A stretch of 55,352 nucleotides of DNA from NCBI GenBank assembly GCA_030605695.1, contig JAUWHX010000055.1, forward strand, positions 1 through 55,352, read 5' to 3'. Source of the stretch: a bacterium (GTDB lineage Bacteria > Hydrothermota > UBA3073 > JACQXS01). The notes under the pieces were generated by a model. That model saw nothing but the letters and a program-made list of their open reading frames with translations, did not search any database and had not been told where the DNA came from. Position numbers and translations under genes: made by a program. Of this stretch, positions 17,960 through 27,706 are shown in pieces (within the stretch, counting starts at the first letter, position 1; each line of letters starts with the position of its first letter).

Positions 17960-19063
17960 ATGGGTAAGATAACGATATCTGTTATAAAAGCAGATATAGG
18001 TGGATATGTAGGACATTCCTCATCACACCCAGATATCCTTGAGCTCGCGAGAAAAGACCTTGAGAAAGCAAAATTAGAGGGATTGCTCATTGACTTTCGG
18101 GTTCTGAGTTGTGGGGATGACCTTGAACTAATTATGACTCACGAGAAAGGAGAAAATGCAAAACCAATACATAAACTTGCTTGGGATACATTTCTGAACG
18201 GTACTGAACTTGCAAAGCAAATGAAACTATATGGTGCAGGGCAAGACATTTTATCTGATGCATTCTCTGGAAATGTTAAGGGTATGGGACCGGGAGTTGC
18301 AGAGATGGAGATTGAAGAAAGAAAATCCGAACCCATTCTTATCTTTATGGCTGATAAGACTTCACCAGGTGCCTGGAACTTCCCTTTATACAAGATGTTT
18401 GCAGACCCGTTTAATACTGCAGGATTAGTAATAGACCCGAGTCTTCACGACGGATTTAAGTTTGAGGTACTTGATCCTTACAAAGAAGAGACTATAGTAT
18501 TCTCTGCACCTGAAGAGATATATGATATGCTTGTCTTTATTGGAGCAAAAGAGCATTATGTTATACAACGTGTATGGAGGAAATCAGACAGCAAGATAGC
18601 CGCTGCATCATCTACACAGAAACTTGCTCTTATTGCAGGAAAATATGTAGGCAAGGATGACCCTGTTTTAATTGTTCGTGCTCAATCAGGATTCCCAGCA
18701 GTTGGTGAGGTGCTTGAAGGATTCGCGTTCCCATTTCTTGTTGCAGGATGGATGAGGGGTTCACATCACGGACCATTTATGCCAACATCATTTAAAGAGG
18801 CAAATCCGACAAGATTTGATGGACCACCAAGAGTAACTTGTGCAGGATTTCAGTTATCTAATGGAAAGCTTGTGGGGCCAAGGGATATGTTTGATGACCC
18901 ATCATTTGAACGTGCACGCAGAACAGCAGATGAAATAGCAGATTATATGCGTCGGCATGGACCTTTTGAGCCGGGCAGATTGCCACTTGCAGATATGGAA
19001 TATACTACTTTGCCCGAAGTCCGCAAGAAACTGGAAGGTAGATTTAAGAAAAGTGTAAGTTAG
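17960..19063 (+). CDS. fbp: Bifunctional fructose-1,6-bisphosphate aldolase/phosphatase (class V)
   Basis: SVIKADIGG, GDD, LYGAGQD, GKYVGKDDP, GWMRGSH, RFDGPP. Confidence 0.95.
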   Translation: MGKITISVIKADIGGYVGHSSSHPDILELARKDLEKAKLEGLLIDFRVLSCGDDLELIMTHEKGENAKPIHKLAWDTFLNGTELAKQMKLYGAGQDILSDAFSGNVKGMGPGVAEMEIEERKSEPILIFMADKTSPGAWNFPLYKMFADPFNTAGLVIDPSLHDGFKFEVLDPYKEETIVFSAPEEIYDMLVFIGAKEHYVIQRVWRKSDSKIAAASSTQKLALIAGKYVGKDDPVLIVRAQSGFPAVGEVLEGFAFPFLVAGWMRGSHHGPFMPTSFKEANPTRFDGPPRVTCAGFQLSNGKLVGPRDMFDDPSFERARRTADEIADYMRRHGPFEPGRLPLADMEYTTLPEVRKKLEGRFKKSVS

Positions 19064-19202
19064 AAATAAAGACGCTGATTTACACAGATAGGCACAGGGT
19101 AGAAGATTAAGAAGAGTTTGCAATCTTTTTAAATACTGAATCTCTCAATTTTTTATGTCTATCTGTGTCTAAATATCTAAATATTAAAATAGGAGGAGAA
19201 AG

Positions 19203-19673
19203 ATGGTAGAAATATCTAAAAAAAATGATATGTGTTTTGTAGTTGTGCGAAAAATGAATAATAAACCAGGAACTGCGGCAATTATTTTGTCATCGCTGAA
19301 GGAAGCTGGAGTAAATGTTGAGAACCTTCAAGCGATAGTTGACCCTAAAAACGAACAGGCAGATGTTTTTACGCTGGCAGTAGGTTTGCCAGATGTTGAA
19401 AAAACAGTGCAAAGTATAGAAAGAGCAAATGGAGAAGTAGGTGGAGAGCGACCACCCTTGGTTGTTAAAAATCTTGCAGGAGTTGTAGTTAGAGGAATTA
19501 CTCTTGAAAATTCGACAAACGTTTTTCACCAAGTCTTTAAAATATGTGGGAACTTAGGGATAAACGTAGCTATGGTATACACTACACCTATATCCTTAAA
19601 CATTTATATAAAGGAAAAGGTCTTTGTTAATCAATTACTTGAGGGACTGCGAAGAGGACTTAAAGAAGGATGA
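19203..19673 (+). CDS. Tandem ACT-domain protein (aspartokinase beta-like)
   Basis: NKPGTAAIILSSLKEAGVNV and VFKICGNLGINVAMV ACT-like motifs. Confidence 0.65.
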   Translation: MVEISKKNDMCFVVVRKMNNKPGTAAIILSSLKEAGVNVENLQAIVDPKNEQADVFTLAVGLPDVEKTVQSIERANGEVGGERPPLVVKNLAGVVVRGITLENSTNVFHQVFKICGNLGINVAMVYTTPISLNIYIKEKVFVNQLLEGLRRGLKEG

Positions 19674-19879
19674 AAGCTGAAGTACATATTATTGAATCAC
19701 TTTGTAAGGAATGTGGGTATTGCATAGAAGCGTGTCCTAAGAAAATACTGGAGCCTGCTGATTACTATAATCAAAACGGGTTCCACCCTGTTCGGATTAC
19801 AAAGCCAGAGGAATGCACAGGATGCAGCTTATGCTATCAGGTTTGCCCAGAGATAGCAATTGAGGTAAGGAAGCTATGA
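19670..19879 (+). CDS. 2[4Fe-4S] ferredoxin (delta subunit of 2-oxoacid oxidoreductase)
   Basis: Two CxxCxxCxxxCP motifs. Confidence 0.93.
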   Translation: MKAEVHIIESLCKECGYCIEACPKKILEPADYYNQNGFHPVRITKPEECTGCSLCYQVCPEIAIEVRKL

Positions 19880-21000
19880 ATATAGAAAAGTATAAAAAGG
19901 GTGAAAAGATATTGATTAAGGGGAATGAGGCGATGGCAGAAGGTGCTGTCAGAGCAGGATGCAGGTTTTTTGGAGGATATCCGATTACTCCGCAAAACGA
20001 GGTTCCTGAATATCTGAGTTGGCGGTTGTTTGAAGCTGGAGGCACTTTTATTCAGGCAGAATCCGAAGTTGCAGCAATCAATATGTTATATGGTGCAGCG
20101 GCTTGTGGAACAAGGTCAATGACTTCCTCGTCAGGATGCGGAATATCATTAAAGCAAGAAGGTATATCGTATATTGCAAGTGCAGAGCTTCCTATCTTCT
20201 ATGCAAATGTGATTCGTGGTGGACCAGGACTTGGTAATATTGCTCCCTGTCAGGGAGACTATTTTCAAGCAACCCGTGGAGGAGGACATGGCGATTATCG
20301 GGTGATTGTGCTTGCACCAGGTTCTGTGAACGAGATGGGAAACTTTCCAAAACTTGCATATGACCTTGCTGATAAGTATAGAAACCCTGCTATGATACTT
20401 GCTGATGGACTTCTGGGACAGATGATGGAGCCAATGGCATTTGATTTTGATTGGGTTAATATAGATAAACTTCCTCCAAAGGATTATACTATGACAGGAT
20501 GCAAGGGTAGGGAGAGAAGGATAATAAACACACTCCTTATGGATATAAATGTCCTTGAGCGACATAACTGGCACCTTTTTGAAAAGTATGAGCAAATAAA
20601 AGCTAATGAGGTGAGATTTGAGGAGAGATACACAGATGATGCTGATATTATTATAGTTGCCTTTGGGACATCAGCGAGGATTGCGGTGGATGCTATCACA
20701 AAAGCCAGAGAACAGGGAATAAAGGTTGGACTCTTGAGACCCATAACTTTGTGGCCCTTTCCCGAGAAGATTGTAGCCGAACTTGCAGAAAGAGTTGGAA
20801 AAATATTAGTGGTAGAGATGAATATTGGACAACTTGTTGAGGATGTCAAAATGTTTGCAAATGGGAAGTCTGAGATTTATTTCTACGGTCGTCCAGGAGG
20901 TGTAGTTCCCACCGGCGAAGAAGTTCTTGATGCAATAAAAAGAGCACTGAAGAGCCGTAATGTTAAATTAGGAGAGATTAATCATTTAAACAAACTATGA
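19876..21000 (+). CDS. vorB: 2-oxoacid:ferredoxin oxidoreductase alpha subunit (VorB-like)
   Basis: GNEA, GYPITPQ, QAESE, RGGPGLGNI, LRPITLWPFP. Confidence 0.88.
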   Translation: MNIEKYKKGEKILIKGNEAMAEGAVRAGCRFFGGYPITPQNEVPEYLSWRLFEAGGTFIQAESEVAAINMLYGAAACGTRSMTSSSGCGISLKQEGISYIASAELPIFYANVIRGGPGLGNIAPCQGDYFQATRGGGHGDYRVIVLAPGSVNEMGNFPKLAYDLADKYRNPAMILADGLLGQMMEPMAFDFDWVNIDKLPPKDYTMTGCKGRERRIINTLLMDINVLERHNWHLFEKYEQIKANEVRFEERYTDDADIIIVAFGTSARIAVDAITKAREQGIKVGLLRPITLWPFPEKIVAELAERVGKILVVEMNIGQLVEDVKMFANGKSEIYFYGRPGGVVPTGEEVLDAIKRALKSRNVKLGEINHLNKL

Positions 21001-21737
21001 AAGTATTTAAGAAACCACTGAGTATGACTCCAATTCCGATGAGGTATTGTCCCGGATGTGGGCATGGGATTATTCACCGCCTAATTGCAGAGGTAATTGA
21101 CGAATTTGATATAAGGGAAAGAACTGTCGGGATATCACCTGTTGGGTGTTCGGTCTTTATTGACGAGTATTTTGACTGCGATATGATACAAACCGCTCAC
21201 GGCAGAGCTCCAGCAGTGGCAACTGGTATGAAACGAAGCATCCCAAATCTTGTTGTATTCAGCTATCAGGGGGACGGAGATTTGGCTGCAATTGGCACCG
21301 CAGAGACTGTTCATGCGGCAACAAGGTCGGAGAACTTCACTACTATCTTTGTGAACAATGCGATATACGGTATGACGGGCGGCCAGCAAGCTCCGACAAC
21401 AATGCCCACTCAGAAGACTACTACCACTCCTTTTGGAAGGGAAGTCAAGATACATGGCTATCCTATAAAGGTATGTGAGATGTTAGCTCCTCTGGACGGT
21501 CCTATATATCTGGAAAGAGTTACTGTTCATAAGGCATCCGGCGTTCTCAAGGCAAAGCGAGCGATTAAGAAGGGCTTTCAATCTCAGCTTGATGGACTTG
21601 GGTTCTCATTGATTGAGATTCTTTCTCCCTGTCCGACGGGCTGGGGATTAACGTGCAAAAAGGCATGCGAGTATGTGGATGAAGTAATGATTCCGTATTA
21701 TCCGCTTGGGGTTTATAAAGATTTAACACAAAAATAG
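20997..21737 (+). CDS. 2-oxoacid:ferredoxin oxidoreductase beta (TPP-binding) subunit
   Basis: YCPGCGHG, HGRA, QGDGD, NNAIYGMTGGQ, SPCPT. Confidence 0.93.
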   Translation: MKVFKKPLSMTPIPMRYCPGCGHGIIHRLIAEVIDEFDIRERTVGISPVGCSVFIDEYFDCDMIQTAHGRAPAVATGMKRSIPNLVVFSYQGDGDLAAIGTAETVHAATRSENFTTIFVNNAIYGMTGGQQAPTTMPTQKTTTTPFGREVKIHGYPIKVCEMLAPLDGPIYLERVTVHKASGVLKAKRAIKKGFQSQLDGLGFSLIEILSPCPTGWGLTCKKACEYVDEVMIPYYPLGVYKDLTQK

Positions 21738-21754
21738 GAATGAATGATTTAATG

Positions 21755-22048
21755 AGTTCTGGGAATGATTCACGGATGTCCGAGAACGACTCACTGATGT
21801 CCGGGAATGACTCACTGATGTCCGGGAACGATTCACTGATGTCCGGGAACGATTCACTGATGTCTGGGAACGATTCACTGATGTCCGGGAATGATTCACT
21901 GATGTCTGGGAATGACTCACTGATGTCGGGGAACGACTCCCCGATGTCTGGGAACGATTCACTGATGTCCGGGAATGATTCACTGATGTCTGGGAACAAC
22001 TCACTGATGTCTGTGAATGAATCCCAGAGGTCTGGGAATGACTTCCAG
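21755..22048 (+). repeat. 21-bp tandem array, 14 units (ATGTCYGGGAAYGAYTCACTG); open as (MSGNDSL)n ORF 21740-22066
   Basis: Directly visible tandem units between the beta and gamma subunit genes. Confidence 0.95.
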
Positions 22049-22071
22049 AAGCCTGTAAACAAATAAATAAA

Positions 22072-22602
22072 ATGAGGCAAGAAGTAATAATATCGGGATT
22101 CGGAGGTCAGGGAGTCATAAAGGCAGGAGTCCTGCTGGCAACTGCTGCGATGACGGAAGATAAGCGTTGCACTCACTTCCCATCATACGGTGCTGAAATG
22201 AGAGGCGGAACCGCTAATTGCTCGGTGATTGTCTCAACCGATGAGATAGCTTCCCCAATAATCAATGAGCCAGACACAGTGATTGCAATGAACGAGCCAT
22301 CTCTTGATAAATTCGAGCCGAGACTCAAGAAAGGCGGAGTATTGATATACAACTCCTCGCTGATTTCAAAGAAGCCATCCAGAAACGATATTGACATTGT
22401 GGCTGTGCCTGCCAATGAAATAGCAGAGCAACTCGGAACCACTAAATGTGCTAATATGGTTGTGCTCGGAGCATACATATCAAAGACGCACGCAGTATCG
22501 CTTGAGAGCATAAAATCCTCTATACCCAAAGTATTCAAGGGAAAGGATAAATTCCTCGCTACGAATAAAAGTGCTCTTGACAAAGGTGCCCAATTTAAAT
22601 AA
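22072..22602 (+). CDS. 2-oxoacid:ferredoxin oxidoreductase gamma subunit
   Basis: SGFGGQG, PSYGAEMRGG, ANMVVLGA. Confidence 0.93.
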   Translation: MRQEVIISGFGGQGVIKAGVLLATAAMTEDKRCTHFPSYGAEMRGGTANCSVIVSTDEIASPIINEPDTVIAMNEPSLDKFEPRLKKGGVLIYNSSLISKKPSRNDIDIVAVPANEIAEQLGTTKCANMVVLGAYISKTHAVSLESIKSSIPKVFKGKDKFLATNKSALDKGAQFK

Positions 22603-22614
22603 AGAACCTCCAAT

Positions 22615-23049
22615 ATGTCTCTCAATCCTGCACATAAAATAATACTCCTATGCTTCTTCAGTGGCTTCTTAGCCCAATTAATAAAAGTCGCTCTCGGATA
22701 TTCTAAAGAAAAAAGAATAAACATAAGGCATATCGTTGAACCGGGCGGTATGCCAAGCTCTCACTCTTCAGCCGCATCAACTCTTACTATCTCTATCGGA
22801 TTAACTTCTGGCTTCGATTCACCACTCTTTGCAATTACATTCTTCTTTAGTATCATCGTTATGTATGAAGCTACCGGACTTAGGCAAGCCGCTGGAAAAC
22901 AAGCGCGAATATTGAATCAACTTCTTGATAAGATATATAAGAAGGAAGCTACCGGAGATATGAAACTGCGTGAACTTTTAGGCCATACACCGATTGAAGT
23001 TTTATTGGGCGCACTGATGGGAATCCTATTCGCACTTGCATTCTTTTAG
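22615..23049 (+). CDS. Divergent PAP2 family membrane protein
   Basis: GGMPSSHS, VMYEATGLR, LRELLGHTP. Confidence 0.9.
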   Translation: MSLNPAHKIILLCFFSGFLAQLIKVALGYSKEKRINIRHIVEPGGMPSSHSSAASTLTISIGLTSGFDSPLFAITFFFSIIVMYEATGLRQAAGKQARILNQLLDKIYKKEATGDMKLRELLGHTPIEVLLGALMGILFALAFF

Positions 23050-23063
23050 AAATCCTTAAACTC

Positions 23064-23960
23064 TTGAACCTTTATATGCTATGTCTATTATCCCTATTCC
23101 TCCTTTGTAAAACCAGCACCAACTTTACAATCTCCTACGAACCACAAGATACTCGCACTGCCCAAGAAATCCTTGAATTCGCAAATGAAGAACTACCTCG
23201 AATCTCAAAAGATATGGGGATAACGCAAAAGAGCATCCCACACATTAATATAAAACTCATCTCCTCAACCTCTGACATCGACAAAATCAACGGATTTCCA
23301 GACTGGGGAATCGGGTGTGCAATCCCCAATAAGCACACTATAATCCTTAAATCCCCGAGAATTATCAAATACCCTGTAAACATCAGAACCCTTGTGGCTC
23401 ACGAAATATCTCATATTGTGCTTGGAAACCTGACTCCCGTAGAAATCCCAAGATGGTTTGATGAAGGAATGGCAATGTATGAATCCCACGAATGGGAGAT
23501 TGGCGAAAGTGTGTGGCTTTCTTGGGCAAATTTTAATCACTCTATCCTCCCACTCTCAAGTATTGAAACATACTTCCCTCGGAACCACAAAAAAGCCAAA
23601 CTCGCTTATGTCGAGAGCTTCTCTACTATTGCTTTTATTATCAATCAATTCGGAGAAGAATCCCTCAAGGAACTCATTCAAGCTCTCCACTCTGCAGGAG
23701 CAACCTCCCATTTTGACCAAATCTTACACAAGGTATTGGGCTTAAACTCCATTGATTTTGCACAGGAATGGGAAAAATGGGTAGAGCATCGATATAATGG
23801 TTTTAATGTATTTTTCAACACATTTTTCCCAGGAACACTCCTTCTCGTAATCTTTTTCCTTGTAATTTTCTTAAAAAGGAGGAGAATTAACTCAAACAAC
23901 TTAAAAAGTTTTGAATCACAAATTAACAACACTAATGAGCACGAAGAATCCGATTCTTAA
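23064..23960 (+). CDS. Peptidase MA-like zinc metalloprotease with C-terminal TM anchor
   Basis: HEISH followed by PRWFDEGMAMY; C-terminal TM plus KRRR. Confidence 0.8.
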   Translation: MNLYMLCLLSLFLLCKTSTNFTISYEPQDTRTAQEILEFANEELPRISKDMGITQKSIPHINIKLISSTSDIDKINGFPDWGIGCAIPNKHTIILKSPRIIKYPVNIRTLVAHEISHIVLGNLTPVEIPRWFDEGMAMYESHEWEIGESVWLSWANFNHSILPLSSIETYFPRNHKKAKLAYVESFSTIAFIINQFGEESLKELIQALHSAGATSHFDQILHKVLGLNSIDFAQEWEKWVEHRYNGFNVFFNTFFPGTLLLVIFFLVIFLKRRRINSNNLKSFESQINNTNEHEESDS

Positions 23961-24015
23961 CTCTTTATATCTTTTAGGCATTTAGGTATTTAAGGCATTT
24001 AGGTATTTAAGTTTT

Positions 24016-25050
24016 ATGCTATTATTATTTCTACTCTTAAATCTGGAAACCCCTTTAAGAACTCCACAAATATTACTAACTATCCCGTCAAACGCTTACC
24101 AATTTACTCCACTTGACCAATATGAGGACTTTTTCCTTTCCTATCCATCCCTGAACATTAAGAACGATTCCATATATTTTAGAGGGTCTTCCAAAGTCTT
24201 ATTACTCTTGGATGGCATCCCCATTAAATCTCTACATAATGTATGCTTTCCTGCAATTGAAAAAATAGAACTACTTGCCGAACACGCAAGTTCCCTTTAC
24301 GGAGATTATGACGCAGTCCTCAATATCATTACTAAAAAATTCAGTCGGGAACAAAGCGAAGATCCTCTCCCCTACTCAAACATCAAGCTAATCAAAAATC
24401 CAGACCATGTTCAATTCGAGCTCGGAAGGATACTCTCTAATCCTTTTGACCTCTACATATCAGGCGACCTGGACTCTACCACAAAATTTAGTGCTAATCT
24501 CGGATACCAATCAAAACTCATTAACATCAGAGCTCACTATGTAGGAAAAGCTTACGAAACACCCATACTCTTACAGGGTTCGTTGTTCTCTAATTTCAAA
24601 TTCTCCTTAACTCAACACTTCTTTTCCATAATCCAGCTCTTCAATCTTAAAAATCATAAATTCTTGCTCGGCACAGATTCTTACCAAATTCTAAACAAGG
24701 ACTCATCTTCCACATCTTTCTTTATTCAAGACTATTGGGAACTGCATCCTCTTCTATATCTCGTCCCATCTGCAAGATATGATAAAACCCTTCATCCAAA
24801 AATCTCTGTGGGCTATATCCCTCAAATCAATACGACTATTTTCTCATCTCTCACACAGGACCAGCTGAATCTTGGAATCAGAACATTTGACTCAAGCATC
24901 AATGCTTATTATATGTTTGATGAAGCTCGGCAAGGAATAGAAGCAAAACTCACTACCCCCTGGCTCTGGAACTTTAAACTCTCAACAGCTTTAGACCTTT
25001 CTATATCATTCAATTCTTCAACTCTTCAACTCTTCAACTCTTATAACTGA
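24016..25050 (+). CDS. TonB-plug-containing outer-membrane protein, truncated by a frameshift
   Basis: FRG...LLLLDGIP...IEKIEL...SSLYG...VLNIITK plug motif; ORF ends just after an 8-mer repeat. Confidence 0.75.
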   Translation: MLLLFLLLNLETPLRTPQILLTIPSNAYQFTPLDQYEDFFLSYPSLNIKNDSIYFRGSSKVLLLLDGIPIKSLHNVCFPAIEKIELLAEHASSLYGDYDAVLNIITKKFSREQSEDPLPYSNIKLIKNPDHVQFELGRILSNPFDLYISGDLDSTTKFSANLGYQSKLINIRAHYVGKAYETPILLQGSLFSNFKFSLTQHFFSIIQLFNLKNHKFLLGTDSYQILNKDSSSTSFFIQDYWELHPLLYLVPSARYDKTLHPKISVGYIPQINTTIFSSLTQDQLNLGIRTFDSSINAYYMFDEARQGIEAKLTTPWLWNFKLSTALDLSISFNSSTLQLFNSYN

Positions 25051-25270
25051 ATACAGAAAAGAGTTTCAACTTGGGAAAAAGAGAAGCTCTCAATCTACCC
25101 AAAAGGGAAATCTTGAGATATATATTTTCGGAGACTTACTCTCGGAAACCTTACGCATTGAGTTACGGATAATAGACGCTCACATATTTTATCGCTTAAA
25201 CTCTTTAACCTTTGAACCCTTGAACTCTGAAACCTCTTCATACGGCTTTAACTGGCACTTCTGGAACTAA
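24995..25270 (+). pseudogene. Out-of-frame C-terminal part of the 24016 outer-membrane protein
   Basis: +1 frame open 24995-25270: ...EYRKEF...IELRIIDAHIFYR...YGFNWHFWN*, a beta-barrel-like terminal strand; no ATG of its own. Confidence 0.75.
25009..25042 (+). repeat. 8-bp simple sequence repeat (TTCAACTC)x4 at the frameshift
   Basis: ttcaattc ttcaactc ttcaactc ttcaactc tt. Confidence 0.9.
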
Positions 25271-25314
25271 CCCCTTAAACCTTTGAACCCTTCAACCCTT
25301 GAACCAGAGAAATC

Positions 25315-27150
25315 TCATTTCAATATTATGAACTTCAAAACCTTGTTTTTATCTCTGTATGATAATCTCGCAAAGTAAACACCAGAGTTCTTGCTCATTG
25401 TATCAAACTTGTTCGTCCCTCCTCCAAGATAACCATTATATACACTCTCTGCTAATCTACCAGCCACATCATAAATCATAAGTGAAACCTTATCTCCAAA
25501 TGGAAGCTTAATTACAAGTTTGTTCCCCTCAAATCCCGATATAACATCAGAAGAAACAGAAACTTCTTCTATGTTAGTTGAATGATACCGATGAGTCAAC
25601 CACACTTCATAAAGCACTGGTATATCATCGTCTCCTCTAAACTCGGCTTTATACTGAAACATCTCTGCTTTACGCTCACCGAGAGAAAAGCTATCTACTA
25701 CATTCTTTCCTATAATAGCAGCGTGAGGCCCATCCCATTGCTTATTTACAATGTCGGAACTATCAGAACCAATTCTCCAATAAAAAGCTAAAGCTGTATC
25801 ATTTGGAACACACGCTTTATAACCAAAATACTCTACTATATTGGATGTATCTGGAAGCTCAAGTATGGAAGATTCAAGAAAACCCAAGTCTGCAAATGCC
25901 TCTAACATCCGGTTTTCATAAACTATATGGGCATTTTTCTCGGTCACCAAAATATCCATACTCGGAACACATTCCCAGCACCTTAAAGATGCCACATACA
26001 CCCAATGAGAGTTATGGCTCATAGCTGCAGTATCTACATCATAAACGCTGAATGTCAAAGGATTAGCAGGGTCCTGACGAAACCAACCAATTTCATCATA
26101 AGTGCCTGCTATATCAGGTAAGCCATCTAAATCTATATCAGCAGCTATCGCCCCATCCATATAGTGTCCAGAAGAAACTTCAGCTAATAAAGTGCTGTCA
26201 AAATTATAACCTGTCCCATCGTTAAGAAGCGCATAAAATCCTTTAACACCACTATCCCATTGTTTTCCACATACTAAATCCATATCGCCATCCATATCTA
26301 TATCTTCTGCCCATGCACCATCAAAATCGCCATCAACCCAGTAATTACTGCTCCAAGATAGTGTGAAATGACCTGTTCTATCATTAAGGAAAACATAATT
26401 GGAATTAAAGCCAATAGAATAAATGTCAGGAAAACCATCTCCATTGAAATCTGCAGGATAGACTCTCCACCCATCGTCAAAAAGGTTTCCTATAAGCTCT
26501 TTGGCAAAATTCTGAGCCCCATCATTACGAAAGAGATAAACATCTCCATGAGATTGACTGCTACTGTTATCGACAGCTATCATATCCACATCCCCATCTA
26601 ATTCCACATCCGCAGATGACACTCTATGATAACCAATTCCGTTATCCACGATGTGCCATATCCATAATGAACCTTGATTTTCATACCAGCCCAAACCTAC
26701 TCCCTTTGTAGCAACTAAAACATCTATATCGCCATCTGTATCAAGGTCACAGGGATAAACAGATAGATAGACAGAAAATCCATCATTAGCAGGCCCTATT
26801 ATATGTTTTGTCGCGAAAGTGTAGTCTCCAAGATTCTCATACCAAACTACCTTATCAGCAGTATGAGCGACCAAATCTTTCTTCCCGTCCTTGTTTATAT
26901 CCGCCGGCATAAAACCCTGATGGTTACTTCCTATGCCCCAATTGCTTTCTACTATATGTTTTTCCCATTTTGAGTAGTCCCATTCAGTGGCTACCAGCGA
27001 AACTTGACCCGGAGTAGCAGCAGTAACACTATCACCTTTATAGTATTGAGTTCTCCAATCGCTTGCTGGTCCTAAAACTCCTGAGCCGCCCATCCAATCT
27101 GTCTGCAGACTCACGGCTCCAATAACTATTAAAAACAATAGGTGTAACAT
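25315..27150 (-). CDS. Secreted FG-GAP/VCBS-repeat protein with CTD
   Basis: Repeated DxDxDGDxD motifs; IYDVAGRL...SGVYFARL tail; RBS GGAGG. Confidence 0.88.
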   Translation of the reverse strand: MLHLLFLIVIGAVSLQTDWMGGSGVLGPASDWRTQYYKGDSVTAATPGQVSLVATEWDYSKWEKHIVESNWGIGSNHQGFMPADINKDGKKDLVAHTADKVVWYENLGDYTFATKHIIGPANDGFSVYLSVYPCDLDTDGDIDVLVATKGVGLGWYENQGSLWIWHIVDNGIGYHRVSSADVELDGDVDMIAVDNSSSQSHGDVYLFRNDGAQNFAKELIGNLFDDGWRVYPADFNGDGFPDIYSIGFNSNYVFLNDRTGHFTLSWSSNYWVDGDFDGAWAEDIDMDGDMDLVCGKQWDSGVKGFYALLNDGTGYNFDSTLLAEVSSGHYMDGAIAADIDLDGLPDIAGTYDEIGWFRQDPANPLTFSVYDVDTAAMSHNSHWVYVASLRCWECVPSMDILVTEKNAHIVYENRMLEAFADLGFLESSILELPDTSNIVEYFGYKACVPNDTALAFYWRIGSDSSDIVNKQWDGPHAAIIGKNVVDSFSLGERKAEMFQYKAEFRGDDDIPVLYEVWLTHRYHSTNIEEVSVSSDVISGFEGNKLVIKLPFGDKVSLMIYDVAGRLAESVYNGYLGGGTNKFDTMSKNSGVYFARLSYRDKNKVLKFIILK

Positions 27151-27601
27151 TATACCCTCCTTTTTTTATAAAAACTTCTTCTTGTATAAAATAATGTTAT
27201 AACTGGGTGATATAAGGTAGGAAATATAGGGGGGCTTTGAAGAACAACTTTCCGCAGAGAAAAGTTATTTACGGCATTTAATTAAACTCCAATTTCTTTC
27301 TGATATCTCTCATCTTACCCCTCTATTAATAACTTACTCTAAAAAAGTGATTTTGTCAAGTAAAAAACAAAAAAAGTTGCAGTAACAATGAATTTCTACG
27401 AATTTCCATAAGTTTCTATTAATTTCCGAATTCTCTGTGAGTGGTTAAATTATTTTCCCTTATCTATTTAAGAAGTCCCTGAAAAAACTTGACTCTTTGA
27501 AAGAATGGTGTAAGATAAATTCAAGAGATAAAAAGTAGCTACCGATTATGCAGATTTTATAAAAATTGGCATTACTTTTATGACGATTTCTAAAAAAACA
27601 T

Positions 27602-27629
27602 TTGACATTGAATAAAAAAGAGTTATTAT
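27602..27629 (+). promoter_or_regulatory. Putative sigma-70 promoter of the protease island
   Basis: TTGACA-N16-TATTAT; a second TTGACT-N16-TAAGAT at 27489-27516. Confidence 0.45.
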
Positions 27630-27706
27630 ACAACCAATTCTTGTGGGAAATTTAGTTTTAACCTATAGAGAAATTGATTTTAGCCAATAATTAATAAAAT
27701 AACATT

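Noticed and set aside
21755-22048. Possible CRISPR array (also 1642-1850 and 39848-40057)
   Set aside because: Units are directly tandem with no unique spacers, and no cas genes are in the window
21565-22176. Antisense/alternate-frame ORFs over the arrays and housekeeping genes (e.g. 21565-22176, 39620-40108, 22173-22724)
   Set aside because: Stop-free because of repeat periodicity or codon bias of the real gene; they overlap confident CDSs
23690-23712. Possible REP remnants gcaggagcaacctccc (SAGATSH), also 24541 gtaggaaaagcttac and 33021 gtaagggaactgcc
   Set aside because: Stems too short or degenerate to distinguish from chance
25048-25050. Selenocysteine or readthrough at TGA
   Set aside because: The plausible continuation is in the +1 frame, not the same frame
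27190-27300. Riboswitch upstream of 25315-27150
   Set aside because: One hairpin only; no riboswitch consensus that I recognise
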